NCBI RefSeq assembly: GCF_002105155.1
Contig: NW_019029015.1
Coordinates: 429,631-449,630, forward strand
Reading direction: 5' to 3'
Source: Lobosporangium transversale
Lineage: Eukaryota
DNA length: 20,000 nt
The notes under the pieces were generated by a model, which did not search any database, was not told the DNA's origin, and was given only the letters and a program-made list of their open reading frames with translations. Below, in pieces: positions 10,101-20,000 of the stretch (position 1 is its first letter; every line of letters starts with the position of its first letter). The position numbers and the translations under genes are program-made.

Positions 10101-11967
10101 GTTATCAGGAGCGATTATTGGGGATTCTACATAATCTGTAACGGATCGTTCTGAACTGAGAGCAGGCGAAGGTGAATTAATGGATGTAAATGTATTCTCT
10201 CTAATTAGGTCTCGAGGGAGCGAGGTAGTGCGAATAGGTTCAACAGCTTGTGGGATGCTTTCTGGTTGAGGCTGTGAGCTCAGATCAGGACTTTGGTGGA
10301 GTGGCATGTTCAGGATATTGTTAGAATATTGTTGATTCTGCATTTGCTGCATAAATGGTTGCTGTAGTTGTTGCTGTTGCTGTTGCTGTTGTTGTTGCTG
10401 TTGTTGTTGCTGTTGTTGTTGCTGTTGTTGTTGCTGTTGTTGTTGGATCAAGCTATTGTAATCATGTAAGGGAGGTGGGTGGTGTTGGTGATCCGGATCA
10501 GCATGATGAGGGTGTTGAAGGAATGGTTGGGGTTGCTGATAATGCATATTGGAACCATTCTTATCTCCAAAGCTATCCCTCGAACCTTGGCTTCTCAAAG
10601 GCGAACTGTTCAGTAGTGATCGCATAGGCTCATCTCTAGCATGGAAGAATGGTTCATCATTTTGTACCAATCCGCCTACGATGGCCTCCATTCGATAAAG
10701 ACGGTCTTCAATCGCATTGATATATCCTACATAAAGTTCAGTGGCAGCCCACGAGCAAAGTCAGATAAACAAACTAAAAAAACTTTTTTTTAACAAAAAA
10801 AAAGGTATATTGCAAACACAGCGAAGAATATTAATAATCGCAACGTACGTCCCGCTCCCTTTGGAGGACCTCGCTTTTTAGTGGGATCCAGGTACAAGCC
10901 TATTGGAAGAGAAGGATCGATTGTGTCAAAATATCATATCATTAGACTACCCATAACTCCATAGCCACAGAAAAACCCATGATGACAGCAACAAAGCAGC
11001 AAAGCAAATTAGGGGCACTTGCATGGAATTTTCAAAAGCTCACAACTTGTACAGGTATCGCCTTTGGCATCTATGTTTCATCAACAATCCCATATCAAAA
11101 AAAAAAAAAATAAGTATTCATAGTATAATATCAATTGATTCGTAATAAAATCGGATGAGTACACAAACACAACATGAGTCAGCAAAAGCACAGGGTGACA
11201 AGAAAAAAAATAGCTTCTCACGCATTTTTGGCCAATGGTGATCTTTTTTTTTCCCTGTTGTATCTGTGGTTGGTTGGATTGCCAGTGGCACAGATGGATT
11301 GAAGGGGGTTGGAGATGGTTGGAGATGGTTGGATGGTGGAGAAGCTCTGCTCTTTCCCGACCATACATGTACAACAAAGATGGGGCGACTTACCGCACTT
11401 TATTTTTTTTCTGTTGTTGCCAATTAATGGATATAAAAACAAGAAGAAGAAGATGGACACCGGTCAGTAACTAGAACTTTGGAAGGTGTAGGACTTGAGG
11501 CGTCTCATTCATCACCCATAGTCATTCATAAATGTACAAAATCCACATTCTCTATTAAATCCATCAATAATAATAGCGATGCTGATGCCGTTGTTGTTAA
11601 CATTCTTGCTGTTGTTGTAGCGAAGGATCTTACTTTCTACAGTTGTCACAAGCTGAAAAATAAAGAAAGGACAATCAGAGTCAGGTTAGCATCGTACCAT
11701 TCTTCGTGAGAAGCAAAAGAAAAAAGGACGATCATTGTCACTGCAGATAATCTGGTTCATTTTCTTCTTTGTTTTCTTCTTGTTCTCCTTCTTGCTCTTC
11801 TTTTTTGGCGTAGTAGTGAGGATGGTTGTTGTGAAAATAAAACATACTGGATGACGCGCTATCGGAAAACTTTTTAGTGTCCAGTCCCGAAAGGAATGCT
11901 TGTTCGAAGACATACCTTTCGTAACCCGTTGACGTTCCTTATGCTCTTTTTGAGAGTCGTTAGACAT
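7156..11967 (-). CDS. Zn(II)2Cys6 binuclear-cluster transcription factor with fungal-specific TF (middle homology) domain, 1182 aa
   Basis: Exons 11967-11916, 11652-11634, 11410-11394, 11070-11023, 10899-10849, 10726-9366, 9264-8502, 8393-7156 (3549 nt, in frame). N-terminus RQRVTKACDNCRKKKIKCDAKGDTCTSCELLKIPCLYLDPTKKRGPPKG fits C-x2-C-x6-C-x6-C-x2-C-x6-C. Fungal_trans motifs HFTYVHPFAPVF, SWMYVGIAVRMAQHLGLHR, EERNRIWWTCFMADKILSTAFGRP, ILLHRP. The acceptor of the last exon could shift slightly. Confidence 0.92.
10368..10445 (-). repeat. Coding CAA/CAG repeat encoding 26 consecutive Gln in the TF
   Basis: 78 nt of TTG/CTG triplets on the + strand, in frame with TF exon 6. Confidence 0.95.
10900..11022 (-). 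other. Non-canonical GC-AG intron (intron 4 of the TF)
   Basis: Donor CCAT|GCAAGT, acceptor CAATAG|GC. Only this junction restores Cys6 followed by LYLDPTKKRGPPKG in frame. Confidence 0.85.
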
Positions 11968-12129
11968 GGTAAATGAAATTATTTTAGAGCAAGAAAACAG
12001 GTAGGGGAAACAGGTTTGAAAAGGACAGAGAGAGGGGAGAGGAGGCAGCAAAAAAGAAATTAAAAAGATGTAGAAGAAGGGATCAATAGAGATTAATATG
12101 ATTTAGAATAGATTAAAAAATAAAAAGAT

Positions 12130-12192
12130 GAATGAATGAATGAATGAATGAATGAATGAATGAATGAATGAACGAACGAACGAATGAATGAA
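12130..12192. repeat. Compound tetranucleotide microsatellite (GAAT)10(GAAC)3(GAAT)2
   Basis: Read directly from the sequence, about 160 bp upstream of the TF start codon. Confidence 0.95.
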
Positions 12193-12695
12193 AGATGGAG
12201 CTGGTTCAAAATAATCCTTTTCAAGACTAATGCGGAGAAGAGAAGAGAGAAAGAACCTTAAAAAATTAAAAAGGGCGCAGAAGACACGGGTTTTTGGTTT
12301 TTATGACTTTTTTCCTGATGTTACAAAATCGACGAAATCGATGCAGATCTGTTTTTGCTCTTTGCTCGCGTGGTCCAACAGTTCGTTAAAGTACATGATT
12401 ATGGCGACATGATCAAGTAACACATCTTAAGCCGATATTTTTTTTTGCGTGTATAACGGATGAATGGTGCTGAGAGCAGGTGATCATTTGATATATATCC
12501 CTCAAGAAACCAATATCCGAGCGCAAAATAAAAGACAGCGCCTAAGGCTATAGAAAATGGACTGTCATTTCCCTTTCAGAACGCGTCTTCCATTATTATT
12601 ATTGTCATTACTGTTATTGTGGCCGTTGTCAAAATATTCTCTGTCAATGGGCTTCCATTAGGATATGGCACGCCACTTATTACTGGAATTCAATA

Positions 12696-12822
12696 GCGCC
12701 CTTCAAATATTAAAACAAAAATTAGTCATTTGCCATTTTTAGGCGAACGCAATAGTCGAAAAGTCAGACATTTGCCTAAAACAGCAAATGGCACATTTTT
12801 TGTTTTAATATTTGAAGGGCAC
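12696..12822. mobile_element. MITE-like hairpin element, 127 bp, TA-flanked (Tc1/mariner-type signature)
   Basis: Left arm GCGCCCTTCAAATATTAAAACAAAAA (12696-12721) matches the reverse complement of 12797-12822 (GTGCCCTTCAAATATTAAAACAAAAA) at 25/26. An inner imperfect arm continues (GTCATTTGCCATTTTTAGGCGAA vs GCCATTTGCTGTTTTAGGCAAA). TA lies on both sides (12694-12695, 12823-12824). No ORF. Confidence 0.75.
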
Positions 12823-13991
12823 TAGAGCCAAATGGACAACAGGGTATCAAGGTATGAATGTTGTTCCTTTATTCCTTTGATTTGGTTCTCAAAGCTACTA
12901 ATGCCTCGCTCCAATTGAGCTGTTTGAGCGAATTAAATTAAAAAAGTGGATCGCATTTTTCCGAACTCCCGTTGTCGACTTTTATGCTTTCAAGAGAACG
13001 AGATGATGAAATGAACCTTTGCTTGGTTACGGAAATTAAACTTTGTTTTTAACGATTGGATTTACAAGCGATTGTCCCCTCCAATTACCGTTGGTAGAGC
13101 AAACCTGCATCGACCATGGAAGATGATTCTTATATTTATTGTACATGAACATGGATACTGTTTCTCCTCTTCGTCACAAAACCCTTCTTAATACCTAAGC
13201 CAAGACAAAAACTCTTGGCTGTCTGTTTATCCTTGATGCTCCTTTTTTTTCTTGGCTTGTTTTACTTTACATGTTTACATGGGAAGGAAGGGGCGCTCAG
13301 TGAAAAGAAAAAAAAAAAGAAAAAAAAAAGAGAGAGAGTAATGATGTTGTATGTCCGATAGATTAGAAAAGTAACAACGCACTAGTAAAAGAGTAAGGGG
13401 ATAAAAAATAACATCTGGCATCCACTACATGTTGATTTAAGTGATACAGCCATAGTCATCACAATAACATGTTGTCTCTGCAAAAATAAAAAATGCCGTC
13501 ATTGACATGCACAGGATAAAGATAGCCAAATGCGAACACCAACTGTTGAGATGCATCAGTGTTGATGTAACCTCCATTGTGTTCATTTTTGGGGGACTTT
13601 TATCTTTTTGGGAAGTCAATGAAACTAAGTACATGCACAAGCATCAAAAAGAAAAAAGAATAGTAAGCAAAAATAGCGAAATCACTTTTTTTTCCTTTAT
13701 TCATGCCTATCGAAATAGAATCATTCAAATCATTGTGGCAATTCTATCCTATACCACACTTCTTAGCTAGGGATGGTCAAGTACCTTTCTTTACTTCCTA
13801 CTTCTACTTCTTTTCACATGCAATTGTGAAGTTAGCAAACAAATTTACCCCTATAAGTTTCGCAGGCTATTAACTAGGAATAGGTCAGTGCATAGAAACT
13901 GTATAAATATGATGAACAATAGATCAGGTTGAACATGTTCTTTCTTCTCCTCCTATTTACAATAAAATAAAAGCCACTACAATCATTGACG

Positions 13992-16170
13992 ATGCCACCC
14001 GAGTTTAAAGAACCAAAAGACGCGCCTTTGGTGCCCGACCAGGATGCCACACTCGATGTACCATCCAAACAGCCCATTTATCACTATCCTAAAAGCGAAT
14101 ACACTTCATCTTTCTGGAATCGAATGTATCTGCGAGGAGTTCTCCACAGACCTGTAGATATCCTTTTCATATTACATGCTTTGGTCTCGATTATCAAGCA
14201 CATTACCTGTTTCCTCATCCTCGACATCCCTTTCCTCATTTGGACGGGGCTCTCCACAAACTCTCCACGTCATCCAATCTCTTGGGGACCGTTTTACTCC
14301 ATTTCTATGACCCTCAGCCGGGCCTGTGCAGGCACTGCCCGCAATCCAGCGCAACTCCGTTGTGTCAGCACAATCATCAGCTGGTTTGTTCCTCCAAGGA
14401 TGCTCTTATTGCCTAAACAAAATTATAGAGTTGATACCAGTGTTACAATCAAAGTCCATCTGGACACCCTTTTGAAGCCTGAACGCCAAACCCTGTTTGA
14501 GACACGAAAGAAACTCGGCCTCGAGACAGAAGGACAACGGCCTCGAGAACGGCGTAATCCTTTAAACCCATCGGAAGCGTATTTTAGATCGTTTTTGCCA
14601 AGAAATGGCAAACTAGCGAATCTTCCTGAAGAATCAGGGCCATTGAATAAGGATGGCACTTACACTCTGACGGGTGAATGGATCGAAGTTTTGGACGAGC
14701 CTACAGCGACATTGCCAGAGAAGCGTCATGTCAGAAAAAAAAGCAACGTTGTTTTGCTGTATGCTCATGGAGGTGGACATTCTTTTTGTTCAGCCAAGTT
14801 CCATCGTCATTTGGTTACAAGAATGTTACTCGAGGTATTTGTGTAACTAAAAAGATTCTGTATGACCCAATTTTTACTTTTTTATTCCTTCGACATGAGA
14901 CTGACGAATCTGTGTACATGTGCATGTTAGTTTGGTCCAGGCGCTAGAGCCTTTGTTTTTGATTATCGTCTTTCGCCAGAAGACCCCTTCCCAGCGGCAA
15001 TCCATGATGTATATGCTGCATATCTTTACTTGACCCAACCTCAACATGAAGCTATTACGATCCAGCATCCTAGTACACCAATCACGGAGCCAATTGACCC
15101 AAAGGATATTGTCCTCGGCGGTGACTCTGCGGGTGGTGGATTAGCCATTGGATTCCAGCTTTATATGAGAGATTACGTTCAGCCTTCCGTTGAACCCAAG
15201 CTCACAATGCCACCTGCCACTCTTTTGATTTCGGTAACGTGGAAACTATATATACTCATGACAACAATTGATCATGCATGGTTGCTTACCTAAACATACT
15301 TTTTTTTTTTAGGCCTGGACTGATATTTCGACCTCGATGCCCTCTGCGATAAATATGCACAGTTATTGCTATACACCTTCGCCCATGGGAGTCAACCCCT
15401 TTGTTACTCAAAAGAAGTTTGAATCATTTAATGGGGTAAAAAATCCTTTGTAAAACACGCGAAGCACGTCCTAGACGATTACCAAAGGTCAAAAAAAGAG
15501 GAATGAGACTGTTTTATTAACGATCTGTTTACTTTTTCAGTATAATTTTGCAAGGGCTTATTTATGTGGAGACGAGGTCTACGCACCCAATGAAAGAAAC
15601 TCCGGCGGCAAGGCTCTTATATGGGAATGGTACCGGCATTTAGCCCAGCATCCTTTGGTCTCTCCAGTCTTTACTGCAGACCTCTCAGGCCTCGAAAGCA
15701 GCACACTCCTGGTGAGTCTATTTATATATTAATTTATTTTAAAAAAAGCCATCACAAAGTTGTATTCAATGTTGCTTTTCTACAATATTCACATCGTAAA
15801 ACTATTTACATGTTATTAGCAAACTGGCGCTTTCGACCGACTATCGGATGACACGCGTTTGTATGCTCATAAACTTGGTCAAGCTAATCCTAAGCAACGC
15901 GTGCGGTTGGAGGTTTACCAAGACATGGTGCACGTGCACCAGTATTTTGAGTTTTTGCCCTCAGCCGATAAAGCACTTCGATCGATTGTTGCTTTTGTGG
16001 AAGATGCACAACTGAAATCCAAAAATCAGAATCAGGAACGTAAGCCTGGGGCAGAATGGATCGTTGTGAGTACTCTTGGCGTTGAACGAGAGGGACATGA
16101 TGACACGAGTAGTCTCATTGAGGCCTTAGATGAATATTGGATAAAACCTCAACGTGAACAAACACTTTGA
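13992..16170 (+). CDS. Alpha/beta hydrolase, HSL/GDXG family (Abhydrolase_3; Say1/AADAC-like esterase/lipase), paralog A, 596 aa
   Basis: Exons 13992-14834, 14931-15233, 15313-15435, 15541-15711, 15820-16170, all phase 0 and GT-AG. Motifs LLYAHGGG, DYRLSPEDPFPAAIHD, GDSAGG (nucleophile Ser), TGAFDRLSDD (acid), YQDMVHVHQ (His). Hydrophobic N-terminal segments. The start codon is the first in-frame ATG; an upstream exon is not excluded. Confidence 0.92.
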
Positions 16171-16508
16171 TTACGATATCAAGCATGTTAGATTAGATGC
16201 TTTGTCTGGAACGTTCATGGACGAGAATAATAAAAGGAAACACAGCCAAAGACATGTATGACAAGAACTCAATCAACCCGCATGCCCCAAAGATTTCATG
16301 CGCAAAAATCAGAAAAACATATGATGGCCCCTGCTTTTTTTTTTTTTTTTTTTTTTTTTTTAGCTCAACATGCCATTTTACATGTGGTCCTGTAGTCATA
16401 TAACCCTTCCACTCTATTTCCGTTAAATCAAACCACTTTTCTTTTTCTTTTCTTTTCTTTCTCCACTTTGTTCTTTTCTACCTTTTACCTGTAAATTAAA
16501 ATATCATT

Positions 16509-18720
16509 ATGAAAAGACCTGTCAAAGTCCCTCTCCTTTATAACCGTACTGGAAACTGCATCACCAGTTGTCCAGCAGACATTGACTCAACCACCCAGCA
16601 ACAGCCGAAATCTTACTCTTTTACGCACAGGAATCAATTTCCTCGCCCATCCTTCTCTCAACGTGCTCACTTGAATGGCATCCTCCATACCCCTGACGAT
16701 GCTGTCTTTGTAATCATTACTATCCTCTTCATCTTTTGGTCCCTGGTCCGACTGTTTTGTCTCGAATTACCTTATTTTATCCTCACAGGGTTCAGACGAT
16801 CCACGAAGCAACATCCAGTTGAATGGTCATGGTGGGCCAGTGCGCTTTTCAGTATCTTACGCTGCGGCTGTTCGGATATTGATACTATGGGTCAAGCTCG
16901 TTTCATTGGCCTGCTATTGAATTCTTTTATGCCCTTACAGATGCTGTTTCTGCCCAAAAAGATCAAAATTACTAAAGGTATCAAGTTCAAGGTCAAGTTG
17001 GATGTCCTCCTTAGACCTGAACGCGCATCTTTGACTGAAGTGCGAGCACAGCTTTTGGAAAACTACCCAAATTTTTCGGATGACCCCATGAATCCTAGCG
17101 AAAGTTATTTAAAGTCGATGCATCCTCGAGGCCCAAATGCTCCTCTAGCGAATATCCCAGAAGAAGTGGGGCCTCTTGATACGGATGGTACCTATACACT
17201 TACAGGTGAATGGATCGAAGCTCTTGAGGACTCATCCAAAAGCAGCAACAAGCCTCGAAGCAACACTGTGGTCCTATATTTCCATGGTGGAGCCCACATC
17301 ATCTGTTCTTCCAAGACACATAGACATACACTTGCACGTCTTGCGATGGAAATCGGACCAGGGACACGAATTTTCTCAGTGGATTACCGGCTGGCACCAG
17401 AAAACCCATTCCCTGCCTCAGTTCATGATGCATTTGCAGCTTTCCTCTACTTGACAGAACCCAATCATACGGCCTTGGTCTTGGATGATGGCGACAATTC
17501 AGCTGCTACAGTCCATCAACTCCCAATCGACCCAAGAAATATTGTTGTGGCGGGTGATTCTGCTGGTGGCAATATAGCGGCGGCTTTCATGCTGTATATG
17601 AACAAATATGTCCAACCTTCAACTGAGCCAAAGTTTATTTTACCACATGCAGCTCTGTTGTTGTCCGTAAGTGTACAAATTACATAAATTTAAAGGTGGC
17701 CCACACGATATTTTTCTGACAAAATAAAAAATATTGCCATTGATATCCATTTATAGCCATGGATGGACATTACATCCTCGTTGCCTGCAGGTAAAAGCTT
17801 TGACTGGCATTGTTTCTGTCCCGGACCCATTGGAACATCACCATTTGATAAGAAAGCATTTATTGAATACAAAAAGGTATGTTTTATATATGATCAATAG
17901 CGAGGAGCAAGTATAATCATATTTTGCTAATCAAAGCTTTTTTTTTTTTTCTGAAACCTTAGCAAAACTATGCTTGCATCTATGTCTGCGGTGACAAAAA
18001 CTTGGTTCCGAACGCTCGAAATGCACTTGGAAAAGATCGATACTGGCAATGGTATACCCACCTGGCTCAGCATCCACTCATCTCCATTGCATTCGCAAAC
18101 GAAGGTTCCCTCGGCGGTTTTACCAACACTCTCTTTGTAAGATGATCCTCTTCTCTTTTACTTTTTTAAAAGTTTTTTCATTCTCATTGACTCATTTTAT
18201 TATTATTTTTTTATTTTGAGAATAGCAAACTGCAACACACGACCGACTTGTGGATGATAGTCGACTGTTTGCTCATCGGATCGGTATGGAGCACCCGGAT
18301 CGAATCATCCGAGTGGAAACGTATCGAGACATGGTCCATGTTCATCAGATCCTTTCCTTACTTTTTGAATCTTCAAGAATTGCTATCAAGAACATCGCTC
18401 GCTTCATCGAACGATCAGAGCGTTTACGTGATGGACGAGAACAGAAATTAGCAGCAGTCGCTCGAACTGGGATTAGGACAAAGGCTGGAGCTCTGGTACA
18501 TCATCATCAGGGCACTAACAAAAACTCTGGAGTAGACGGAAACAACAGAGATGAGTACATCCCTGCGTACTTGCTTCCGAACATGGTGAAAGAGAAGGCT
18601 GCATGGGATGGTGTTGAATGGGTGATGATTGAACAGAATGGGCGGGAATCCACAGGTGGTGAGGGTAAATCCTTGGCATCTTTGGTGCAAACTTGGCACT
18701 CGGTTGAAAACAATGCTTAA
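16509..18720 (+). CDS. Alpha/beta hydrolase, HSL/GDXG family (Abhydrolase_3; Say1/AADAC-like), paralog B, 648 aa
   Basis: Exons 16509-17666, 17757-17876, 17963-18136, 18226-18720, all phase 0 and GT-AG. Motifs VLYFHGGA, DYRLAPENPFPASVHD, AGDSAGG, TATHDRLVDD, YRDMVHVHQ. Likely TM helix AVFVIITILFIFWSLVRLFCL. Confidence 0.92.
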
Positions 18721-19033
18721 AAAAAATACGAGTGCAAGCTTGATCATCTTGTAGATATCAAAAGATCTAGTATCCACATATCTGGATGAACACATTCACT
18801 GAAAACAGCCCTGGCATAAAATTATAGGAAAAGAAAAGCACACATCTTTTATATTTATAAAATCTTTTAATTGCAATGTCTGTTAACGGGATTGTGCATT
18901 TCTAAAGTTTTAAAGAAGCTGATAATAGGAAGAGGAAAGTTTTTTTTTTGAGAATGATATGAATAAGAAAGTTTACCTATCACAATGAATAAAAAAAAAA
19001 AAAGCCTGAATGAGCGCGGTAAAGACAGAAGCT

Positions 19034-19999
19034 TCAAGGATGATGAGCCAAAAGAAACGCGTTCTTCTGTTGACGTTTGCATGGACTTTCGGAGACAGCA
19101 TTTGGGCAGTACATGGGTAATCCAGAGCCGATGCTTGGATGCCGTGGAGGCTTGATAGTTGAAGGATCTGTATAGATATTTTTTCGAGGTGGAGTATGGA
19201 ATTGAGACTGGGTTAAGTTCTGCTCATGGACCGAGGCCGATAGAAATCGATCAACTAGCTTCAAATCCAACGATAGTAATTTGTTGTTGGTTGTTGTAGT
19301 TGTATTTGGTCCTTGATACTGATCAATTCGATACTCATCCGTCTCCCTTTTCTCCTCCTCCTCTTCTTTTACGACTTCTTCTCCTATAGCTTCTTCCTCT
19401 ACAGCCTCTTCCTCTACAGCTTCAATCTCAACGACTTCTTCCCCTACAGATACTTCAGCTTCTTCGCCTATTTCGTCGCTGCCCTGTTGATGACCAAGAA
19501 CTTGGCTACTTTCATCATCCTGATCAATTGTACGTCGACGCTTAGTGCCCTGAGGACCCATACGATTTAGATTTTCATAGTCTGAAGCCCTGAAAAAGGT
19601 GTTTCTAAAGGTTGGTGATGATGTAAGATCAAAGTTCTGCCATCCTTTTGATCTCTGCTTGCGTTTCGGTGTTACTAAACCTTCTGAAACAGAACAGGAT
19701 TTTTTTTCTTCTAAATCAAAGTCTTCCTTTAATCTCTCATTATCTTTTTCTTTTCCTTTTCCCACCTCCTCTTCTCCTTCTTCGTCACTGTCGGGCAATT
19801 TTGGCGGCTTCAAACTCCGTTGATTCATCATACAATTAAATTTCCAGTGATTCAGTACAGATCCAGGTGTTCTTGGAGATGGCGATGATAGGTCTTCGTA
19901 ACCAGTTTGACGTCTCACTTTGGTGGGTGTTCTTGGTAAATGAACATGGTAGCTTGAAAGGTCAGGGGAAGAGTGTGGACCACGACCTGAGTTTCCTGA
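19034..19999 (-). CDS. 3' part of a gene running off the window; disordered, acidic, S/T-P-rich region of unknown function
   Basis: The frame of ORF 19034..19918 stays open to the window edge (SGNSGRGPHSSPDLSSYHVHLPRTPTKVRRQ...), about 320 stop-free codons ending ...KNAFLLAHHP*. Confidence 0.75.
   Translation of the reverse strand, partial: SGNSGRGPHSSPDLSSYHVHLPRTPTKVRRQTGYEDLSSPSPRTPGSVLNHWKFNCMMNQRSLKPPKLPDSDEEGEEEVGKGKEKDNERLKEDFDLEEKKSCSVSEGLVTPKRKQRSKGWQNFDLTSSPTFRNTFFRASDYENLNRMGPQGTKRRRTIDQDDESSQVLGHQQGSDEIGEEAEVSVGEEVVEIEAVEEEAVEEEAIGEEVVKEEEEEKRETDEYRIDQYQGPNTTTTTNNKLLSLDLKLVDRFLSASVHEQNLTQSQFHTPPRKNIYTDPSTIKPPRHPSIGSGLPMYCPNAVSESPCKRQQKNAFLLAHHP
19365..19470 (-). repeat. Imperfect 15-nt coding repeat giving (A/V/I)(V/G)EEE-type acidic units
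   Basis: Adjacent copies cttcttcctctacag / cctcttcctctacag on the + strand. Protein IGEEAEVSVGEEVVEIEAVEEEAVEEEAIGEEVV. Confidence 0.6.
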
Positions 20000-20000
20000 G

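Noticed and set aside
11462..11517. GTGATGA...CTGA with GG/CC ends in TF intron 2, resembling an intronic C/D snoRNA
   Set aside because: The CTGA is part of the likely branch point TACTGAC, the span is only about 52 nt, and no rRNA complement was recognised.
12130..12192. GAA repeats as a heat-shock element
   Set aside because: HSEs need alternating inverted nGAAn pentamers, whereas these are direct 4-nt repeats. It is not a CRISPR array either, since there are no spacers.
13088..13115. GTTGGTAGAGC resembling a tRNA D-loop/A-box
   Set aside because: No D-stem partner, anticodon arm or GTTCRA T-loop lies nearby.
13437..13770. Short ORFs 13507-13770 (+) and 13437-13640 (-), along with the many other antisense or poly-Phe/poly-Lys ORFs in the track
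   Set aside because: No recognisable domains. They are shadows of real exons or translations of homopolymer-rich introns and UTRs.

Overview
Intron-rich, homopolymer-rich fungal genomic DNA; the style suggests an early-diverging fungus such as Mortierellaceae (inference). I spliced five complete genes by hand and checked frame across every junction. They are a divergent importin-alpha-like ARM protein (-, 8 exons, 583 aa), SWD2/WDR82 (+, 5 exons), a Zn(II)2Cys6 transcription factor (-, 8 exons, 1182 aa), and two tandem HSL-family alpha/beta hydrolases (+, 596 and 648 aa). Two partial genes lie at the window edges. The most notable unexplained structures are four: (i) a 127-bp TA-flanked hairpin MITE in the TF/hydrolase divergent promoter; (ii) an orphan coding-like island ending in A37 with a degenerate target-site-duplication-like flank; (iii) an oversized first importin intron holding three alternative acceptors right after the IBB exon; (iv) a Zn-cluster built from micro-exons that needs a GC-AG intron with a competing GT donor. 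No RNA genes or CRISPR arrays could be supported, and no single clearly novel system is established from sequence alone.
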